A stretch of DNA of 64,000 bases from Antedon mediterranea. Lineage: Eukaryota; Animalia; Echinodermata. The number at the start of each line of letters is the position of its first letter. The stretch's first letter is position 1. A model generated the notes under the pieces. That model was not told the DNA's origin, did no database searches, and worked only from the letters and a program-made list of their open reading frames with translations. This document shows positions 54,113-64,000 of the stretch, piece by piece. Both the position numbers and the translations under genes were made by a program. The DNA is taken from contig NC_092679.1 of assembly GCF_964355755.1 (NCBI RefSeq), positions 22,675,432 to 22,739,431 on the forward strand, in the 5' to 3' direction.

Positions 54113-57100
54113 TTAAAATTTAATGTGAATGGCTTCATGATAGCTATAATAAATTGGAATTACTTCAGCCTGTACTGAATCAAGACCTTTGCTATAGACA
54201 TGATCAATCAATGTATTGTTTTCAGTGGTGGAACATGTAACATGTTGTCGGTACTCATTCTCTGACATTAAATTTTTCACTCTGGAAGATTGTTTGAAAA
54301 GATTTTCATTAAAATCACCCATTAAAATACATTTTGTACTCATTTTATGTAACTCTTCCAAATATTTTCTCAAATTTTGACAGAATTGATTAATATCATA
54401 GCTTGGGGGTCGATAAATTACTGACACGGAAACTGAAATTGGACTTGTTATTAAAAATGAAACTGCTTCTATATCATAATTAGGTATGTTTAATCTGCTT
54501 GAAAACGTGTTTTTGGTATACACTGCAACGCCGCCATGAGCCTGATTTTTCAATTTGGAACTCAGATCATTTCTATTAGAATACGAATCATACCTTGCTT
54601 GGTGATACAATTTATACGGCTGAATATTTACTTCAAAAACATCTTCATCTTTATTCAACCACGTTTCAGTCAGACATATGATACTAGAATTCATAAACAA
54701 ATCATTGCACTGAAGATCAGCAAAATGTTGCTTAAGTCCTTGAATATTATGTAACATTATTGAAAATTTAGAATCCGAATCATGACCTTGATTTTCACAT
54801 TGTACATATGAATCCATATTATTTAAGCATTTCTTTATGTTTGGATCACAATAAATCAAATTAGGATTAAGATGTTCAATAGTAAGTCCAGATATTGAAG
54901 TAACACGACTGAGGGCTACGTATGCTTGTCCAGGTGCAAATGTATTTTTAAGGCAAACTACTGCTTCATTCATTGTCAATCCTTGGACTTTATGAACTGT
55001 GCATGCATATGCTAATTTGAGAGGAAATTGTTTTCGACTATATTTATTCCCCATAGATTCTTTAAACATTTCAATTGCCTGAACACCGATTTCATTATTA
55101 TCAAACTTTACTTTAATAGATACCGGTTTGGCGTTATTATTGGGTTTGACTATTTCATAAACATGTCCCATACATCCATTCGTCAAGCCTTTTTTAACAT
55201 CTACATTTTTAATCAACATCACTCTGGCATTAAGTGCAATCCACAAATAATTTAGTAAACTAGTTTGACGTGAATTCCGAGGTTTGTCACAAATTTTGCT
55301 CTGTTTCTTGGCGTTTACTACACTATCTTCTGCTTCAATGCATACAATGTCTGTACAGATTTTGTGCAACATTTTTTTATTCCATTCATCAACTTGTTTA
55401 TTGCGTGGGTAAATATGAACAGCATCTTCACATTCTTCCCCTGTTTCACGTGATTTTAAAACAAATAAATCGTTATCAGACAAACAATCATGTTTTTCTT
55501 TTGTACGCAATTTGTTTAACAATAAAGCAAATTCTTTATCTTCTTTTTGTCTCATGATTTGGTCTAACTGTACTTGCTTAAAGTTATCTAACCACAGTGA
55601 GCTTTCCAATGTGTCTTTATATAACGAACTGCCCATCACTGGGGGTAACTGATAAAAATCACCAACAGCAATTACTGAAATGTTACCAAATGGACTATCG
55701 TTGCGTACTTGTTTTATTTGCCTTAATCGTCCGTGGATATACCAAAGTAACCTTTGATTTACCATTGATATTTCATCTATAATAACAATTTGCAACTGAC
55801 GCAACTGATTACGAAGTGCACTTATTTTTTCTTCTCCAAGTGGTTGATACGGAAGTGAAATATTAATCGGGATAGACAAAGCGCTATGAATTGTTTGGCC
55901 TTTAATATTATATGCTGCGATTCCTGTAGGAGCTAATTTCAATATTGACAAATCATCGGGATTTTCCATAATTTTTCCAAGAATACGTGTCGCTTCATTA
56001 TAAATACAGTTTACCAAATGACTTTTTCCTGTACCAGCGCCACCAGTTATGAAAGTGTAAAATGCTTCAGGTTTTTTACCATTAGCTTTGTCTAAACACC
56101 ATTGTCTTGTCTTATAAAATATATGTTGTTGTTTTTCATTTAAAGATCGAATCATTTTGTTCAATTCTGGTCTTGGAATATTAGATGAATTAGACTCTAC
56201 TTTAGATGTATGATTTTTTTGAATTCCAAAATCTGGAATGAAAAATTCATCTTCTTCATCATCAACCTCTACATTAGGCTTTGGGTTGTCTAACCTTTCT
56301 TTTTCACTTTCTGGACATAATAGGCTCCATGCATCTTCTTGTGGTCCAAATTTTGATAAACATTCCTGTGCTTCTTCAACATCATCAGCACTTTTTTCAT
56401 ATTGTTCCATGTTTCCATAAACTATTGACTTTACCGTTTGTAATTGACAGTCACATAATTTCACACATCCTTCCTCATGAAATTGTTCGTACGTTTCAAA
56501 ATTTGGAGGTTTTAACTGTTCATCTTTTCGAAATGGTAGAAATAACTGAAGTATACTCAAAAAATATTTCTCAGGTGCTGTATCCATTGGAAATCGAGGG
56601 TATCTTACTATAGCATTACTAGTTCGTGTTCTTTTTTGGATGAATCCCAACTGTTTTTTTAACTGAAATACATTCTTTTTTTGTTTGTTTCCTTTCATTT
56701 CTGATGAACTCAATATTCTATATTCCGAACAAAATTTTGCAAGGCACATTTTATTAAATTCAGAACTATTAGGTCGAGCTATATATTTGTCGATCTTATT
56801 TGGCAACCATGCACTTACATCATCATCTTCTTTGTTTTTAATTACACTTAGTGGTAAACTCATTCTGACAGGATTAGGTCCTACTGGGATAAATTCAACT
56901 TTCCTTGAACATTCTTTTAATCTTAAACTACAAACACGATAAATACTTTCTTGTGCAGACACTTCTCGATTATTCATATAAACATTACCAAGTTTTCGCA
57001 AACTTTGCCTAGCATCTTCATTGCCTTCTTTTACTTCTGATGCTGCATGATTTAACAGTAAACCCATTTCACGTTCAGATTTTGACATATATCCTATAAC

Positions 57101-60100
57101 GTAAATAATACATGCATATACATTTGTAATATACTGAATATCCATATTAGCATTCCATGCTCTCAATAAGGAAGGATTATATTGATTTACCCACACATCT
57201 TGAGGGTTTCTCTTTATAACAATCTTTTCCTCAGTAGCTACACAATTATTTGCTTTCTCAAATGCACTCTGTGTAATACCTAAACTTTGGAAAAGTTCTA
57301 TTGCATTTTTATATGTTTCTTCATTAGTCACAGCATCTTTTACTGAGGTTAACAGCTCCATTGCTTTTTTATTGTCATCATTATCATCATTGTCTTTATC
57401 CACAATTGTAGGTCTCATAACAAATGTATTTCCAGAAGGTTGTCTGGGAAAGTTAAATCTGCAATTTGTTCCCTTTTTTTTACATGATTTAGAATGTCTT
57501 TTACTGTGAATTTGCACACTTTTAACAATTTCATTCAGTTCAGGATCTACAGTTTCACATGGCACAGCACAAGAAATATATTTATCAACAAAATTAATAA
57601 CTTCAATATCTTTATCTGTACCAAAAATAGGAGCATTTTCAACCCATACTAACATATGAACATGTGGACTTCCTCTCATTTGAAATTCAATTCGGTAAAA
57701 ATAATCTACGACTTTACCAATAGGCTGTGCTTCAGACAAAATTACATTTTTCAAAAAAGTATGAAAGCGTTTATCAAACATTCTGGCAACAGTCACTGGA
57801 TTTGATTTCAACAAATTACATTTATCTGCCCATTCTAATTCTTCAATGTTTCTTTGGTCTCCAGACTGACTTAGCAATGTCGTCATTATTTCTTTCCAAC
57901 GGAAATCAGCACTTGAGAATGAAAGAAAGAATGTTGGTTTTCCAATCTGTCTAACCATTGCTATTATATCTTTTTGTGTAGCTTGCCAGTACGGTGGAGT
58001 TCCACGAATTTGTTTTAGAAATTTATAACCCCTATCAGATTTTAAAATCTCCTGAATTTTGGTAACATTTTTTAAATCGGATACAGTAACTTTGCTAAAA
58101 TCATCCTTTTTACTTGACCCTTTTCGCAATGCAATGGAAATACTTGATAAAATTTGTTGAAGTTCATATAAAGATTGAGCATAAAATATGAATTCTGTAT
58201 TTTGTGCAAACCTGTTATCTATATGCATTAATCTATTGTGAAAATAACGTCCAAGTGTTATTTTAACATCTCTCGTATCATGGAATGTTGGTTGTCCTGT
58301 TGGAAATAACACTGGAAATGATTTTGCTTCATTGCTTTTATTACTTAACAATGCAATAGGACTATTATTTTCACATGGTGCACAACAAATTATGTCATTA
58401 AAATATTCATCAACCAAATTCTGTCGCCTGTCAACAGGTTGAAGACTTGTATCAAAGGTAACACCACATAATCGATCTTCTACTTCTTCTTCTCTTTCTT
58501 CTTCTTCATTGTTTTCATCTTCATTAGTAGTTTCACTTTCGATGTAATCTTCAGATAAATAATTGTGCCATTCTTCATTAATAGCTATATCAAAATAGCA
58601 CTTGTTATGATCTTGTAAATATTTAAGAGCTTGAATAACATTGGCAGTGTTAACAAATTTATATTTGTAATAACCTTTGTAAGACAACTTTCGCTTCAAT
58701 TTTACGGATATTAATTGATCATCAACCTGTGGTCTAGGCAGCATTTTAACAGTTTCAATAGTATTTGAAGGTACACATACAACAGGTCCATGTATTCCAT
58801 GCTGTCCACCTTTAGGTAAATTCATTAATTTCATAAAAGGAATGTTTAATCCAATCAAATGCTGCTCTAAATTATTTAAACACCTGAGCTCAGGAGGAAT
58901 ATCGTGTAGTTGTAAATTGTTTGAATTGGCTTCTGCAGGAACTTTCCCGTTTAACATTTTCCTGTGGCATGTGAAACAAATCCATAAACAACACCTTGGT
59001 GATTCGACAAATTGACAATGTTTATTACTTTCATTATTGCAAATATGCAAATACTTTTCATTTATACAAGCCTGATTTTTGTATTTAGCTTTGATGCACT
59101 TCATAACTTGATCTTTGAATAACAATTTAAAGCAAACACAACAAACATATTCAGGACCACGAGAAACTGTTTTCTTGAAGTTTTCTAAAACAATATTAAA
59201 ATTAGTGTTTTCTGTTTTGATTTTTTCCCGATTTTTCATATTTTTCTTCATGATTGTTTTCCGGAACCCTTCATCACCATGATACTTTTCTGTAAATCTT
59301 TGCTTACACTTTTGCTTACACCTTTGACGGAATTTTAAATTACCTCGATATTTCTCAGCCAATTTTTGTTTACAGTTTTGTCTAAATTTCAAATTACTCC
59401 TATACTTTTCTGCCAATTTGTCTTTGCATTTTTGTCTAAATTTCAAATTATTCCTATACTTTTCTGCCAATTCGTCTTTGCATTTTTGTCTAAATTTCAA
59501 ATTACTCCGATACTTCTCTGCCAATTTCTGCTTACAGTTTTGCCGAAATTTCAAATTATTCCGATACTTCTCTGCCAATTTATGCTTAAGGTTTTGTCGA
59601 AATTTAAAATTACTCCGATACTTTTCTGCCATTTTTTGGGTAAGGTTTTCTCTGAATTGTGAGTTATTACAATACTTCTCTGATAATATTTGCTTCAAAT
59701 TTTGTCGAAATTGTGGATCATTGTGATACCTCTCCTTATTTCTTTGTTTATTATTTTGTATAGTTTTATGCCTAAACATTGTATCATTGTTGTATCGATT
59801 CTTTTTGGTTTCTTTTTTGGTTTTTCGGTAACCCAAATCAATGTTGTAGTTATGTTTAGCTTTATTTCGTAACTTAACATTATATTCAGGTTCACATTTA
59901 TACATTTTGTGTTGTCTTTCTCGGTTTTCTTTCCTCTTTTGGAATTTATAATCATCATCACCATATCTTATTTTTTGTGCCTCTTTTACTTTGCGTTTTT
60001 TTTCCTCTCTGTATACAGAATCACTTTGATATTTGTTTCCGATTTCATTTGTTTCTTTTGAATTATTGTTTTCTTCTCTTTCCCGTTTAATTCTTTGTCG

Positions 60101-63100
60101 ATTCTTTTCTCTTTCTTTTTTAATTCTATAAGATTGTTTTCGTTTTCTGCTCAATATTTTTACTCTGCTTTCTGAACAAGGTTTTTCAACAGTTTTACTC
60201 TGTTTGTGTTTTGGTTCTATATCTTCAAATGTGTCACAAGGTTCTTTTTCCGTTTGCTTTCGTTTCTTTGTTGTAGAATCCTTTACCAAAAACTTCGCCT
60301 CTGTATTTGACAGTTTATTGTGGGATGTCACATTCATATCAACTTGTCCTGTTGTTTCCTGAACATTATTTTGACTCACATTGACAGATTCTACTACATT
60401 AAAATGCACATTCATGGTGTACAAAATATATATACCATTGTCAGTTGTAACATCATCTATTCTTCCTGGCTTTTTAGCAGAAAACAATTGCCACGTCAAA
60501 AGCTGATCATTAAATGAATAAATATCTGTATTAAGCAAGTTTGCCATTGCACTTATTTCAGTATTGGATGCCCACCTTCCATTATCCATTACTCTTTTTT
60601 TAAACACATATTCCTTAACTGATCTATATTCGTGACTAAATGTATTAATAAATAAGTCATCAGTTTCCAATAAATGATTAGTAATTGCTCTTCTTAAAAG
60701 TAAATGATTATCTTCAGTCCCAGAAATAATGTATGAAATTGCACGATAAAAACAATTACCATCACCTGTAATATTCGTAATTTGAAGAGGATGTCCAATC
60801 TGACTAGTTCTGTTAATACCACAATTCATATCGGTATGTTCACAATGAATGCCTACTTCTTTACACATGTTTTTCTTTTGTGCTTCTGAGATTGGAATAA
60901 ATTTAAAATTCTTGTCAGGTCTTTCTCCATACTGAACATTAACAATTTCAATATCACTATCACTTTGCCATTCATTACTTGATGAGACATGACCTTCTTT
61001 ATTATGTGTTTTGCCTTTAACTTTATAATCAATATTCTTGTCTGGTAATCTTGAACTACATTTATACTGATAAGACGTACTAGGTTCATCAACATCGACG
61101 TTTCCCAAGTTGCTTTGTTCACAATTATCATCGAGCACAGAAGCGGAACATAAAATCATAGACTTATTTTCAATATTTACACCAGTCAGTTCAAACTCGG
61201 TGTCATGTAAATTACAGTTCATTGACCTTGCTAATCTTATACAATAGTCGTACACACCTTGCCAAGATGGACTGTAAAGTAAAATACTCTTTCCATGCTC
61301 ACTAACACAACCAAATCGATCTCTTGCATGTGGATCAAATATAAGGAAACCATTTACACGTTTAATAATAGAAAATGTGCTTCTGTTAAAATTCATAAAA
61401 AATGCATCATGTTGGTGTAATTCTTGTTCAAGAGCTTGGTTTAATGACAAGGCTCCATATTCAGCCATAAATTCGAGATTCCCATCTATTATGCCAAAAA
61501 CTGATTCTTTTGGAGATATTACAAATGTGTTATCCAAGATATCCAATTCTTTCGGCAGTTCAGAAATCATCAAAAGGTCCTCATGCATAGTGGAATCTTT
61601 TTGAATGTAACGGTACAACTCATTTCCAAGAGTCAATATTGTATCAAGGTCTTTGGTGTAAAATTCATTTCCATTCATCTTTGTAGAATAAAGAATAGCT
61701 ACAAGACTATTTGCAACACACTGTTTACCACCTGCAAAGCCAAATCTATAATTCCCTTGATTAAAACTACCCTGTGCTACAGTTATATTATTATCATTAC
61801 TATTATATAGTTGTAATTCATTTATTGATTGTGTATTCTGCCTTATTGGTGCATTCTTTTGTTTTGATCTCTCATCGATTATCAATTCTTCCGAAAAATT
61901 ATTTTTGGTTAAAACTTCAATATCCACATCGATAGCATGTTGGTCACATTTAGGTTTAGTATGGGACCTAATTTTTTCAGTCACTGCTTTTTTAGATCCG
62001 TCATCAATTATCGATACTTCGTTTTCGTCAAATTCACAACTTGCACATGTTTGATTTTTATGATCTGTAACATTACTATCAAATCTATTAGTTCTGTCAT
62101 TCATTTTGCTACTATTTTGTGATTTCACATCGTCAGTCGCTGTGTTGTCGTTTTCTTCAGTACATTTCATTTTAAAGTCGTCATCAGTTTTCATTTCTGA
62201 ATTGTCATTTTTACCTTTCATTAAAATAATATCTTCGCCAATCCGTTCCATAGTATCGCAATCATTCTTGTGGTGTTTTAAATTCAGGTTCATATTATCT
62301 TGTGATTCTTTGTTATCAATCTTCTTACTTTTGACAAAACGACCCTTGCTATTTCGTTTCGAACCACCACCTGATTGTTGTTGTATTCCGTTTGTTACCT
62401 TTGTATTTTTCAAAACATCACACATAAGCTTACCATTCATTTCGTCATTTTCCTTGTATTCTCTATAAGTACTTGTATTCATGTTCCATTCCATTTTGTT
62501 ATTATTTCGTCTTTCATAGAAATCTTTTACACCTTTGCCGATATATTTTACACCTGGTTCTATAATTATACCATTTATAACGCACTTTCTCCTTTTCTTA
62601 TTTCCTCTATTTTTACATCTTTTTTTTCTGTTGTCGGTTCTTTTCTTTGATCTTACTCTCATCCAATCACTACCAAGTAAATCTTCACTTCCTGTTTGTT
62701 GACATTTTAATTTTGCATTATTACAACGTTTTTCTTTATTTTTCGTTAATTCTGGAAAGTCTGAAGTGACAGATTCATCAGGTTCTAGAATCGTATATCT
62801 ATTGAAATGACAGGGAATACCTATTTCACCCAACATGTTATCAACTAAATTACTATTCCCACACATTGAACAAATCCAAATTACCCTGGAATTACATAGT
62901 TTGTCTTCAAAAACATCTCTTACACATTTCACATGAAAATATTGACTACAACGGTCACATGTTATGCAATTGTCTACTTTCACTTCAATATTACAGAAAT
63001 CGCATGTATCATCAAACTCTGAAGTGACCTCTGTACCATAAGATAATATGTTTATGATATCATCAATTATTCCTTTAAATTCAGTTGTATCTTTCATAAA

Positions 63101-63370
63101 TTCACAATTGACATTACCTGTATCATCATTTCTCTTGTCTTTGACATTCTCAGTTGAACAGCATTCATCAAGTAGGTCCAAGATGTCATTAACAACTATT
63201 TTAAATTCTGCTGTCTTATCCATAACTCCATTATTAACATTACCAGTTGTATTGACAAAAATCTGCTTTTTACTTGTAACTTCTTTATTCACATTCTTAC
63301 ACAAATAAATTATCATTGTAAAGATAATCAACAAAAAGATACCAACTACTGCTATGAATTCCATATCCAT
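54113..63370 (-). CDS. Helentron Rep-PIF1 helicase-APE endonuclease transposase (3085 aa) with TM, PHD, C76/VTD-like protease and OTU domains
   Basis: HUH Rep: PTFFLSFSSADFRW, YRIEFQMRGSPHVHMLVW, YVIGYMSK. PIF1: FITGGAGTGKS, IIDEISMV, GDFYQLPPV, QFPLKLAYACTVHKVQGLT, GQAYVALSRV. EEP: HNIQGL, CLTETWL, IYRPP, MGDFNE, IDHVY, SYH. OTU: GDGNCFYRAIS...WAS..EI...HFNVV. C76-like: QGSFNQG...GKQCVANS...FDPHAR. PHD: C4HC3 at 62861-63004. Confidence 0.93.
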   Translation of the reverse strand: MDMEFIAVVGIFLLIIFTMIIYLCKNVNKEVTSKKQIFVNTTGNVNNGVMDKTAEFKIVVNDILDLLDECCSTENVKDKRNDDTGNVNCEFMKDTTEFKGIIDDIINILSYGTEVTSEFDDTCDFCNIEVKVDNCITCDRCSQYFHVKCVRDVFEDKLCNSRVIWICSMCGNSNLVDNMLGEIGIPCHFNRYTILEPDESVTSDFPELTKNKEKRCNNAKLKCQQTGSEDLLGSDWMRVRSKKRTDNRKKRCKNRGNKKRRKCVINGIIIEPGVKYIGKGVKDFYERRNNNKMEWNMNTSTYREYKENDEMNGKLMCDVLKNTKVTNGIQQQSGGGSKRNSKGRFVKSKKIDNKESQDNMNLNLKHHKNDCDTMERIGEDIILMKGKNDNSEMKTDDDFKMKCTEENDNTATDDVKSQNSSKMNDRTNRFDSNVTDHKNQTCASCEFDENEVSIIDDGSKKAVTEKIRSHTKPKCDQHAIDVDIEVLTKNNFSEELIIDERSKQKNAPIRQNTQSINELQLYNSNDNNITVAQGSFNQGNYRFGFAGGKQCVANSLVAILYSTKMNGNEFYTKDLDTILTLGNELYRYIQKDSTMHEDLLMISELPKELDILDNTFVISPKESVFGIIDGNLEFMAEYGALSLNQALEQELHQHDAFFMNFNRSTFSIIKRVNGFLIFDPHARDRFGCVSEHGKSILLYSPSWQGVYDYCIRLARSMNCNLHDTEFELTGVNIENKSMILCSASVLDDNCEQSNLGNVDVDEPSTSYQYKCSSRLPDKNIDYKVKGKTHNKEGHVSSSNEWQSDSDIEIVNVQYGERPDKNFKFIPISEAQKKNMCKEVGIHCEHTDMNCGINRTSQIGHPLQITNITGDGNCFYRAISYIISGTEDNHLLLRRAITNHLLETDDLFINTFSHEYRSVKEYVFKKRVMDNGRWASNTEISAMANLLNTDIYSFNDQLLTWQLFSAKKPGRIDDVTTDNGIYILYTMNVHFNVVESVNVSQNNVQETTGQVDMNVTSHNKLSNTEAKFLVKDSTTKKRKQTEKEPCDTFEDIEPKHKQSKTVEKPCSESRVKILSRKRKQSYRIKKEREKNRQRIKREREENNNSKETNEIGNKYQSDSVYREEKKRKVKEAQKIRYGDDDYKFQKRKENRERQHKMYKCEPEYNVKLRNKAKHNYNIDLGYRKTKKETKKNRYNNDTMFRHKTIQNNKQRNKERYHNDPQFRQNLKQILSEKYCNNSQFRENLTQKMAEKYRSNFKFRQNLKHKLAEKYRNNLKFRQNCKQKLAEKYRSNLKFRQKCKDELAEKYRNNLKFRQKCKDKLAEKYRSNLKFRQNCKQKLAEKYRGNLKFRQRCKQKCKQRFTEKYHGDEGFRKTIMKKNMKNREKIKTENTNFNIVLENFKKTVSRGPEYVCCVCFKLLFKDQVMKCIKAKYKNQACINEKYLHICNNESNKHCQFVESPRCCLWICFTCHRKMLNGKVPAEANSNNLQLHDIPPELRCLNNLEQHLIGLNIPFMKLMNLPKGGQHGIHGPVVCVPSNTIETVKMLPRPQVDDQLISVKLKRKLSYKGYYKYKFVNTANVIQALKYLQDHNKCYFDIAINEEWHNYLSEDYIESETTNEDENNEEEEREEEVEDRLCGVTFDTSLQPVDRRQNLVDEYFNDIICCAPCENNSPIALLSNKSNEAKSFPVLFPTGQPTFHDTRDVKITLGRYFHNRLMHIDNRFAQNTEFIFYAQSLYELQQILSSISIALRKGSSKKDDFSKVTVSDLKNVTKIQEILKSDRGYKFLKQIRGTPPYWQATQKDIIAMVRQIGKPTFFLSFSSADFRWKEIMTTLLSQSGDQRNIEELEWADKCNLLKSNPVTVARMFDKRFHTFLKNVILSEAQPIGKVVDYFYRIEFQMRGSPHVHMLVWVENAPIFGTDKDIEVINFVDKYISCAVPCETVDPELNEIVKSVQIHSKRHSKSCKKKGTNCRFNFPRQPSGNTFVMRPTIVDKDNDDNDDNKKAMELLTSVKDAVTNEETYKNAIELFQSLGITQSAFEKANNCVATEEKIVIKRNPQDVWVNQYNPSLLRAWNANMDIQYITNVYACIIYVIGYMSKSEREMGLLLNHAASEVKEGNEDARQSLRKLGNVYMNNREVSAQESIYRVCSLRLKECSRKVEFIPVGPNPVRMSLPLSVIKNKEDDDVSAWLPNKIDKYIARPNSSEFNKMCLAKFCSEYRILSSSEMKGNKQKKNVFQLKKQLGFIQKRTRTSNAIVRYPRFPMDTAPEKYFLSILQLFLPFRKDEQLKPPNFETYEQFHEEGCVKLCDCQLQTVKSIVYGNMEQYEKSADDVEEAQECLSKFGPQEDAWSLLCPESEKERLDNPKPNVEVDDEEDEFFIPDFGIQKNHTSKVESNSSNIPRPELNKMIRSLNEKQQHIFYKTRQWCLDKANGKKPEAFYTFITGGAGTGKSHLVNCIYNEATRILGKIMENPDDLSILKLAPTGIAAYNIKGQTIHSALSIPINISLPYQPLGEEKISALRNQLRQLQIVIIDEISMVNQRLLWYIHGRLRQIKQVRNDSPFGNISVIAVGDFYQLPPVMGSSLYKDTLESSLWLDNFKQVQLDQIMRQKEDKEFALLLNKLRTKEKHDCLSDNDLFVLKSRETGEECEDAVHIYPRNKQVDEWNKKMLHKICTDIVCIEAEDSVVNAKKQSKICDKPRNSRQTSLLNYLWIALNARVMLIKNVDVKKGLTNGCMGHVYEIVKPNNNAKPVSIKVKFDNNEIGVQAIEMFKESMGNKYSRKQFPLKLAYACTVHKVQGLTMNEAVVCLKNTFAPGQAYVALSRVTSISGLTIEHLNPNLIYCDPNIKKCLNNMDSYVQCENQGHDSDSKFSIMLHNIQGLKQHFADLQCNDLFMNSSIICLTETWLNKDEDVFEVNIQPYKLYHQARYDSYSNRNDLSSKLKNQAHGGVAVYTKNTFSSRLNIPNYDIEAVSFLITSPISVSVSVIYRPPSYDINQFCQNLRKYLEELHKMSTKCILMGDFNENLFKQSSRVKNLMSENEYRQHVTCSTTENNTLIDHVYSKGLDSVQAEVIPIYYSYHEAIHIKF
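59265..59735 (-). repeat. 54-bp (18-aa) coding tandem repeat KYRxNLKFRQxCKxKLAE in the transposase
   Basis: 54-nt period visible (e.g. 59403 vs 59457); ~8-9 units, with more degenerate units up to ~60030. Confidence 0.9.
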
Positions 63371-64000
63371 TATTCAAAATTTGTATAAGAAACAAATTTC
63401 TTCAAATTTATAATCTTTGTTTACAAATTAAATTAAAATGTATTCTGCAATTCCAATGAATATTACAATTAGGTTCTTTTTATCAATTCAAACTTCAAAA
63501 AAGAAATCCTTGCTACAACAAAATAAATTATTAAAAATTCCAAAAACAAATCAACTTTATATTGTCTTTTGTTTCTATGACTTTTAACTTTTGTCCTAAT
63601 TTCTTTTCTCTTTGTCAATATTTTTTTTGTCTGCTTTTTTTCAATAATTCGATTATACAATTTCACTGAATAAAAAAATTAGCTTCTGCTTAATATTGGC
63701 TTGATGAAATACTTTATATTAATTTAAACTTCTCTGTAATACTTGGTTATGCTAAATAGTTTCAGATTCTAATTTTTATTCTTTTTACAATTCTACTTAA
63801 TAACAGATTCAAATAAAAGTGATATTTAAATCTTCTTTAATTAATTCTTTTGTAATAAACTCTGTTTAATATTTATTTTTTTATAATAAGCTTCTGTTTT
63901 ATTCTTCAAACTTTTGTTTGTATAATCAAACTTTAACTTTACACTTTTGCTTTTGCAAAAATGGTTTTGTAATAAACTTTTGTTTATTAATTGTTTCCTT

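Larger units (their letters stand above)
49911..64000 (-). mobile_element. Autonomous Helentron (Helitron2-type) rolling-circle DNA transposon; far terminus outside the window
   Basis: Terminal hairpin GGTTATCCGC-ACTTG-GCGGATAACC (49914-49938) followed by a T-tract; the element resumes at ~51171 after a nested relative; internal ~370-bp tandem repeats; Rep-helicase-endonuclease ORF at 54113-63370. Confidence 0.85.

Noticed and set aside
54536-63308. Many short plus-strand ORFs
   Set aside because: Antisense shadows of the 3085-aa transposase ORF with no recognisable motifs.
54113-63370. Host PIF1 gene, endogenous herpesvirus or giant-virus gene
   Set aside because: HUH Rep + PIF1 + APE fusion with hairpin/sub-TIR termini is diagnostic of Helentrons; no capsid, polymerase or other viral genes are visible.
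63469-63666. 65-aa Lys-rich ORF upstream of the transposase
   Set aside because: A-rich low-complexity sequence, non-ATG start, no domain; cannot be supported.

Overview
AT-rich, intron-containing animal genomic DNA (inferred invertebrate deuterostome, echinoderm-like; not prokaryotic). Host genes reconstructed by hand from GT-AG junctions: presenilin (10 coding exons, +, 1195-12434), YIPF4 (6 exons, -, 15092-17856), a WDR64-like WD40 gene (27 exons, +, 18969-41469) and a head-to-head pair of intronless TSSK-family kinases (43687-44646 -, 45336-46571 +). There is also a possible orphan last exon (49411-49649 -). From about 49911 to beyond the window end lies an apparently intact Helentron (Helitron2-type rolling-circle transposon). 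Its uninterrupted 3085-aa ORF combines an N-terminal TM helix, a PHD finger, two unrelated deubiquitinase-type cysteine proteases (herpes-tegument-like C76/VTD and OTU), 18-aa repeats, HUH Rep, PIF1 helicase and an APE/EEP endonuclease. A related non-autonomous element appears nested in its terminal T-tract. Introns hold many PIF/Harbinger-type MITEs, Nin/Deu-domain tRNA-SINEs, minisatellites, a probable solo LTR and two dead duplicated exons. All family assignments come from motif recognition by eye; no database search was run.
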